Positions 58,230 through 64,000 of a DNA stretch of 64,000 nt are shown piece by piece (the first letter of the stretch is position 1; each line of letters begins with the position of its first letter). Source of the DNA: Escherichia coli (GTDB lineage Bacteria; Pseudomonadota; Gammaproteobacteria; Enterobacterales; Enterobacteriaceae); assembly GCF_001677475.2 (NCBI RefSeq), contig NZ_CP015229.1. The stretch is one strand, 5' to 3'. A program made the position numbers and the translations under genes. The notes beneath the pieces were generated by a model. That model worked only from the letters and a program-made list of their open reading frames with translations. It was not told the origin of the DNA and did no database searches.

Positions 58230-59399
58230 ATGCTGGAGTTGTTGTTTCTGCTTTTGCCTGTAGCCGCTGCCTATGGCTGGTATATGGGCCGCAGAAGTGC
58301 GCAACAAAACAAGCAAGATGAAGCCAACCGCTTGTCGCGTGATTACGTAGCGGGGGTTAACTTTCTGCTTAGTAATCAACAGGATAAAGCGGTAGACCTG
58401 TTTCTCGATATGCTTAAAGAGGATACAGGCACCGTTGAAGCCCACCTTACGCTCGGAAACCTGTTCCGTTCGCGTGGCGAAGTTGATCGCGCTATTCGCA
58501 TCCATCAGACCCTAATGGAAAGCGCCTCGCTGACCTATGAACAGCGTCTGTTGGCGATTCAACAACTGGGGCGTGATTACATGGCCGCCGGGTTATACGA
58601 CCGCGCGGAAGACATGTTCAATCAGCTGACCGATGAAACTGACTTCCGCATTGGCGCGCTGCAACAGTTGCTACAAATCTACCAGGCTACCAGCGAGTGG
58701 CAGAAAGCAATAGATGTAGCCGAACGTCTGGTGAAGTTGGGTAAAGATAAACAGCGCGTCGAAATTGCCCATTTCTACTGTGAGTTAGCCCTGCAGCATA
58801 TGGCCAGCGACGATCTCGATCGTGCCATGGCCTTGTTAAAAAAAGGTGCGGCGGCAGATAAAAACAGCGCCCGCGTATCCATCATGATGGGACGCGTGTT
58901 TATGGCGAAAGGAGAATACGCCAAAGCCGTCGAAAGTTTGCAACGCGTGATATCCCAGGACAGAGAACTGGTCAGCGAAACGCTGGAAATGCTGCAAACC
59001 TGCTATCAGCAGTTGGGTAAAACTGCCGAATGGGCAGAATTCCTGCAACGCGCGGTGGAAGAGAACACCGGTGCCGATGCTGAACTGATGCTTGCGGATA
59101 TCATTGAAGCGCGCGACGGTAGTGAGGCCGCACAGGTCTATATTACGCGCCAGCTTCAGCGTCATCCGACCATGCGTGTCTTCCACAAGCTAATGGATTA
59201 CCACTTAAATGAAGCGGAAGAAGGGCGTGCCAAAGAGAGCCTGATGGTGCTGCGTGACATGGTTGGCGAAAAGGTACGTAGTAAGCCTCGTTATCGCTGC
59301 CAGAAATGTGGTTTTACCGCATACACCCTCTACTGGCATTGTCCGTCTTGTCGTGCCTGGTCAACCATTAAACCGATTCGCGGTCTTGATGGCCTGTAA
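58230..59399 (+). CDS. lapB: LPS assembly protein LapB (YciM), 389 aa; TPR repeats and rubredoxin-like C-terminus
   Basis: Track ORF; C-terminal CQKCGF ... CPSC zinc-binding motif. Confidence 0.9.
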   Translation: MLELLFLLLPVAAAYGWYMGRRSAQQNKQDEANRLSRDYVAGVNFLLSNQQDKAVDLFLDMLKEDTGTVEAHLTLGNLFRSRGEVDRAIRIHQTLMESASLTYEQRLLAIQQLGRDYMAAGLYDRAEDMFNQLTDETDFRIGALQQLLQIYQATSEWQKAIDVAERLVKLGKDKQRVEIAHFYCELALQHMASDDLDRAMALLKKGAAADKNSARVSIMMGRVFMAKGEYAKAVESLQRVISQDRELVSETLEMLQTCYQQLGKTAEWAEFLQRAVEENTGADAELMLADIIEARDGSEAAQVYITRQLQRHPTMRVFHKLMDYHLNEAEEGRAKESLMVLRDMVGEKVRSKPRYRCQKCGFTAYTLYWHCPSCRAWSTIKPIRGLDGL

Positions 59400-59591
59400 T
59401 TTTTAAAAAAATCCGACTTTAGTTACAACATACTAATTATTGATGTTCCATTGTGCTCCGGCAACGACAGCGCAGAAAAAGCCTGCCAGGGAAAAAATCG
59501 CAACTGTTAATTTTTTATTTCCACGGGTAGAATGCTCGCTGTTTACCTGTTTCGCGCCACTTCCGGTGCCCATCATCAAGAAGGTCTGGTC

Positions 59592-60329
59592 ATGACGTTA
59601 ACTGCTTCATCTTCTTCCCGCGTTGTTACGAATTCTCCTGTGGTTGTTGCCCTTGATTATCATAATCGTGATGCCGCGCTGGCCTTTGTCGACAAGATCG
59701 ACCCACGCGATTGTCGTCTGAAAGTCGGCAAAGAGATGTTTACGCTGTTTGGACCTCAATTTGTACGCGAACTTCAACAGCGTGGTTTTGATATCTTCCT
59801 CGACCTGAAATTTCACGATATTCCCAACACTGCAGCGCACGCTGTCGCTGCTGCAGCTGACTTAGGCGTGTGGATGGTGAACGTTCACGCCTCCGGTGGG
59901 GCGCGTATGATGACCGCAGCGCGTGAGGCACTGGTTCCGTTTGGCAAAGATGCACCGCTTTTGATTGCTGTGACAGTATTGACCAGCATGGAAGCCAGCG
60001 ACCTGGCCGATCTTGGCGTGACACTGTCACCTGCAGATTATGCAGAACGTCTGGCGGCACTGACGCAAAAATGTGGCCTTGATGGTGTGGTGTGTTCTGC
60101 TCAGGAAGCTGTGCGCTTTAAACAGGTATTTGGTCAGGAGTTCAAACTGGTTACACCGGGCATTCGTCCGCAGGGGAGTGAAGCTGGTGACCAGCGCCGC
60201 ATTATGACGCCAGAACAGGCGTTGGCGGCTGGTGTTGATTATATGGTGATTGGTCGCCCGGTAACGCAATCGGTAGATCCAGCGCAAACGCTGAAAGCGA
60301 TCAACGCCTCTTTACAGCGGAGTGCATGA
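59592..60329 (+). CDS. pyrF: Orotidine-5'-phosphate decarboxylase, 245 aa
   Basis: Track ORF 59532..60329 trimmed to [12 protein letters not shown]; motif [10 protein letters not shown]. Confidence 0.9.
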   Translation: MTLTASSSSRVVTNSPVVVALDYHNRDAALAFVDKIDPRDCRLKVGKEMFTLFGPQFVRELQQRGFDIFLDLKFHDIPNTAAHAVAAAADLGVWMVNVHASGGARMMTAAREALVPFGKDAPLLIAVTVLTSMEASDLADLGVTLSPADYAERLAALTQKCGLDGVVCSAQEAVRFKQVFGQEFKLVTPGIRPQGSEAGDQRRIMTPEQALAAGVDYMVIGRPVTQSVDPAQTLKAINASLQRSA

Positions 60330-60655
60330 TGAGTGATTCCAACAGCCGTCTGGTCTACTCAACGGAAACCGGACGTATTGATGAGCCAAAAGCGGCCCCT
60401 ATACGCCCTAAAGGCGACGGTGTGGTGCGTATTCAGCGTCAGACCAGTGGACGTAAAGGTAAGGGCGTTTGCTTGATTACCGGTGTCGATCTCGATGATG
60501 CCGAACTGACAAAACTGGCAGCGGAACTGAAGAAAAAATGCGGCTGCGGCGGGGCAGTTAAAGATGGAATTATTGAAATCCAAGGTGATAAGCGCGATTT
60601 ATTAAAATCACTGCTTGAAGCGAAAGGGATGAAGGTAAAACTCGCCGGCGGTTAA
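60329..60655 (+). CDS. yciH: SUI1/eIF1-family translation factor, 108 aa
   Basis: Track ORF 60326..60655; start taken at the second ATG; coupled to the pyrF stop. Confidence 0.85.
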   Translation: MSDSNSRLVYSTETGRIDEPKAAPIRPKGDGVVRIQRQTSGRKGKGVCLITGVDLDDAELTKLAAELKKKCGCGGAVKDGIIEIQGDKRDLLKSLLEAKGMKVKLAGG

Positions 60656-60660
60656 CATAA

Positions 60661-60688
60661 AAAGCCACGGATATATCCGTGGCTTTAG
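60661..60688. terminator. Bidirectional terminator between yciH and osmB
   Basis: Hairpin aaagccacggatatatccgtggcttt. Confidence 0.7.
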
Positions 60689-60780
60689 AATATTTTACTG
60701 TGTGTATTATTCAGATGTTTCGTACTGAACAGAATCAAGCGTATTATAATTGCGAGTCGATAATCGACATTTATTTACGA

Positions 60781-60999
60781 TTATTTACCGACCTGGTGAC
60801 CAATAACACCACCGACGGCTGCACCACCTAATGTACCCAGCGTACTGCCATCGGTCAGTACTGCACCGCCTAATGCCCCTGCACCCGCGCCGATTGCGGT
60901 GTTACGGTCTCGTTTAGACCAGTTAGAACAGGCACTCAGAGACATTGCCAGGGTAATTGCCAGAACAGCCGCGGTCATTTTTTTGCTCGTTACAAACAT
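60781..60999 (-). CDS. osmB: Osmotically inducible lipoprotein B, 72 aa
   Basis: Track ORF; lipobox LSAC, Gly-rich GxxxG repeats. Confidence 0.9.
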   Translation of the reverse strand: MFVTSKKMTAAVLAITLAMSLSACSNWSKRDRNTAIGAGAGALGGAVLTDGSTLGTLGGAAVGGVIGHQVGK

Positions 61000-61267
61000 A
61001 ATACTCTCTCCTGAATTTATGATTCACGGAAGTAAGCTCTCTATAACTATAATAGCTAAGAATAAGCCTGGTGAAATTATTCCGTGAAATCCGCTCGCGC
61101 GCAGGGTTATATCACGCAGGTGATAATGACTTCCTGTTATATCGCTGATAATAATTTTATATCTTGAGATTGTTAATAACAGGTAAATAGTCTTAATTAT
61201 CAACCAGGAATCATCTTAGAGCGGATGATTTGCCAAACTGCAAATCATCCATAGAGAAGGGAAATGG

Positions 61268-62017
61268 TTAAATGTCAACGACGTGAACGGTGAGTTTACT
61301 GTGCTCAAGATGCATCAGATCGCTGGCGCGTATTTTCGAATCGGTAATCACGCGATTGAATCGCTCAACGGGACCGATGGAGTATGAATGTACAGCACCA
61401 AATTTCGAGCTGTCAGTCAGGACTATCGCTTCGCACTCTTTTTCCAGCACGGCATTGACCACATCGGTACGCATCATATCGCGACCGGTAAATCCAGTTT
61501 CAGGTTGCCAGCCATCAATACCAATAAATGCTTTGCTGAAATGCACCTGTTGGATGCACTGGCGTGTCAACGGGCCAACCATACTTTCGCTTTTTTTCTG
61601 GTACACGCCACCGAGCAAAATGACTTCACAAGGCGCGTCTTTCAGCAAATGCGCGATGTAGCTGCTGACCGTGATGATAGTGACATTTTTCTTCTGCTCC
61701 CCCAGAGTCCGGGCGAGCAGGGCATTGCTACTGCCATTTTCGATAAAGATGGTTTCGCCCGGTTGAACCAGTGACGCGGCAAACTCGGCGAGTTCACGCT
61801 TCAGCGTATAGTTGCTCATCATACGGGTTTCGACGTCATCACTATCAAGCGAAACTGCAAAGCCATGTGCACGGCGGAGGTAACTCAGTTTTTCGAGGGT
61901 GTTGAGATCCTGGCGAATGGTAACTTCAGAAACTCCAGTGGCTTTTGCCAGATCGGTTACGCTAACCTGACCCTGGTCAATGACCATCTGTAGAATAGTT
62001 TGTTGTCGGGAATTCAT
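61268..62017 (-). CDS. yciT: DeoR-family transcriptional regulator, 249 aa
   Basis: Track ORF; N-terminal HTH ([20 protein letters not shown]). Confidence 0.85.
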   Translation of the reverse strand: MNSRQQTILQMVIDQGQVSVTDLAKATGVSEVTIRQDLNTLEKLSYLRRAHGFAVSLDSDDVETRMMSNYTLKRELAEFAASLVQPGETIFIENGSSNALLARTLGEQKKNVTIITVSSYIAHLLKDAPCEVILLGGVYQKKSESMVGPLTRQCIQQVHFSKAFIGIDGWQPETGFTGRDMMRTDVVNAVLEKECEAIVLTDSSKFGAVHSYSIGPVERFNRVITDSKIRASDLMHLEHSKLTVHVVDI

Positions 62018-62106
62018 CGCTGTAATTCTTATAACGTTATAATACTAAATAAAAAAATACTGACGCGCCGGGCATCCTCAAATAGGAAAACCTGAAGGCA
62101 CGATTG

Positions 62107-62280
62107 TTAAATCTCCCACGGTGCCTTCGGGATGTCTGGCGTAGATTCAGCAACCTGGCGCAAGAGTTCTGCTTTAAGTATCTCGAGATTATGGATCGCA
62201 GAGTGGTAATCGCCTGCCACAAGGATATCTAACACAATATCAATACGTTCGGCAACGCGCTGGGCATCAAATTCAGACAT
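62107..62280 (-). CDS. yciZ: Small protein YciZ, 57 aa
   Basis: Track ORF 62107..62322 trimmed to [14 protein letters not shown] by K-12 length. Confidence 0.6.
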
Positions 62281-62426
62281 CAAGGACATCCTTATAGCAA
62301 AAGTGGAAAAGGAATAATGCAAAAATTGCCGCTAAAAGAGAAGTGTTTAACAGCAACGGCTAATTATCATCCGGGAATACGATATATAATGACGGAATAT
62401 AGCGCTAAGTATATATATTCATCTAC

Positions 62427-64000
62427 TTATGCGCGCTTCAGATAGCGTTTATACCAGCGTTCGAAGGCGACGGCGGGCATCGGTTTGGCAAACAAAAATC
62501 CTTGCCGCTCATTGATCCCGTTCTTGGTTAAAAAAGCATCTTCCTTTGCACTCTCTACACCTTCGGCGATCACCTGAAGATTCAATGCCTGGGCCACAGC
62601 GACGATTGCCCGAACCAGTGACTGCGAGACAGGTTGTTTGTGAATATCTCGAACAAAAACCTGGTCAAGTTTAATCGCATCGATCGGAAAGCGCGCCAGT
62701 TGCGAAAGTGAAGAGTAGCCGGTACCAAAATCATCCAGATGCACTTGCGCACCTAGTTGGCTAAATTGTTGAATAACAGACAGTGCCAGTTCATCATTCT
62801 CAATCAGACAACTCTCTGTCAGTTCAACATCTATAGGGCAGTATTCAAAATTGAGTTCCTGGAGAACCTGTTTCAGGGAGGTGAAAATGGTTTGATCTGC
62901 GAGCTGACGTGCAGAAATGTTTACCGCCACTCGCAGGTTAATACCTTTATCCCGCCACTTTGCCACCTGGCGTACGACATCGAGAATCACCCAACGGCCT
63001 AAAGGCACAATTAGCCCTGACTCTTCGGCGTAGGAAATGAAGTCCAACGGTGGAATCAACCCACGTTCAGGTGACTGCCAACGTACTAGTGCTTCCAGAC
63101 TGCGCACTTCGCCACGCCAGGTGATTTTCGGTTGATAGTGAATAACCAACTGATCGTTTTCCAATGCTTTACGCAAGTTGGTATCCAGCCAGAGATATTC
63201 AAATACCCGCTGATTCATATCTGGGGTAAAAACGCAAAATTGTCCTCGTCCGCCTTCCTTCGCTGTGTACATTGCCGTGTCGGCGTGACGAATAATAGCC
63301 GCGCTGTCCGAACCATGTTCGGGAGAGAGTGAAATACCTACTGAACAGCTGGTATAAACTTCAATTAAACCAATGCGGAAAGGGAGCCGTAAGCGGGTCA
63401 AAATTCGTGATGCCATTGCTTCCAGCGCGCTTTGTGAGGTATTGGATGCGAGTACCAGAAACTCATCGCCACCTGGACGCGCCAACACCTGGTCATGTTC
63501 GAGACAGCTTAAAATAGCCAATGACACGTCGCGTAATAACTGGTCACCAAACAAATGCCCATAGGCGTCGTTGACCTTTTTAAAATTATCCAAATCAAGA
63601 TACACAACCCCAACTTTATTGTTATCTGCATGATTAATAGCGTGATCGATTAACTCCTGCATTGCGTTACGATTCGGCAGTCCGGTGATACTGTCGGTAT
63701 TTGCCAGAATACGCAGTCGCTCCTGAGCGCGGCGCTCTTCGGTAATGTCGGTGCCGGAACAGATTAAAAAAATCTCGTTTTTGCCACTGCCGCTGTGGAC
63801 AAATTTATTGCGAAATAGAAACAGCCGCTGGCCTTTACGTGTTGGTATCCACAGTTCGACTTCATATGCATTGCCGCTTCGAAAAAATACACGGTTATTG
63901 CGCCTGGATGCCGCAGCTTCACGACGGCTCATAAACAGTTTAAACACGCTTTGGCCAATGACGTCGTGTTCGTTCAACCCTGTGTAATCTTCACATAACC
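62427..64000 (-). CDS. pdeR: Cyclic-di-GMP phosphodiesterase PdeR (GGDEF-EAL), C-terminal ~524 aa; the N-terminus lies beyond the window end
   Basis: Track ORF 62427..63977; the frame stays open to position 64000; degenerate GGDEF (PGGDEF) and EAL (EGVES, DDFGTGYSS) motifs. Confidence 0.88.
   Translation of the reverse strand, partial: LCEDYTGLNEHDVIGQSVFKLFMSRREAAASRRNNRVFFRSGNAYEVELWIPTRKGQRLFLFRNKFVHSGSGKNEIFLICSGTDITEERRAQERLRILANTDSITGLPNRNAMQELIDHAINHADNNKVGVVYLDLDNFKKVNDAYGHLFGDQLLRDVSLAILSCLEHDQVLARPGGDEFLVLASNTSQSALEAMASRILTRLRLPFRIGLIEVYTSCSVGISLSPEHGSDSAAIIRHADTAMYTAKEGGRGQFCVFTPDMNQRVFEYLWLDTNLRKALENDQLVIHYQPKITWRGEVRSLEALVRWQSPERGLIPPLDFISYAEESGLIVPLGRWVILDVVRQVAKWRDKGINLRVAVNISARQLADQTIFTSLKQVLQELNFEYCPIDVELTESCLIENDELALSVIQQFSQLGAQVHLDDFGTGYSSLSQLARFPIDAIKLDQVFVRDIHKQPVSQSLVRAIVAVAQALNLQVIAEGVESAKEDAFLTKNGINERQGFLFAKPMPAVAFERWYKRYLKRA

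Noticed and set aside
62427-63977. Track start codon (TTG at 63977) as the pdeR start
   Set aside because: The frame remains open to position 64000 and the protein is shorter than the ~661-aa reference, so the true N-terminus is outside the window.

Overview
This window is an Escherichia coli chromosomal segment with near-complete K-12 gene order (about 27.5-29 min), running from the 3' end of narG through narHJI, tyrT, purU, rssAB, galU, hns, tdk, adhE, oppABCDF, cls, kch, tonB, ompW, trpABCDE-trpL, rluB, btuR, sohB, topA, cysB, acnA, ribA, pgpB, lapAB, pyrF, osmB and yciT to a partial pdeR. Gene identities rest on recognising the translated ORFs and their synteny from memory; no database search was run. 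CDS coordinates follow the supplied ORF track, with starts trimmed to the K-12 protein lengths where the track ORF began at an upstream in-frame codon. Hairpins, promoters and sub-60-aa ORFs were placed by eye and may be off by a few nucleotides. The one clearly accessory element is an AT-rich insertion of about 1.5 kb between rluB and btuR (roughly 43.9-45.4 kb), which are adjacent genes in K-12 as I recall it. It carries two co-directional, translationally coupled ORFs: a 340-aa predicted lipoprotein and a 102-aa acidic cytoplasmic protein, neither of which I recognise. This is the best candidate for an undescribed system, possibly a toxin/immunity-like or defence-like pair, but its function is undetermined. 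Two other differences from my recollection of MG1655 are a single tRNA-Tyr gene at the tyrT locus and a short tdk-adhE spacer without an IS-derived pseudogene, which suggest a non-MG1655 background.
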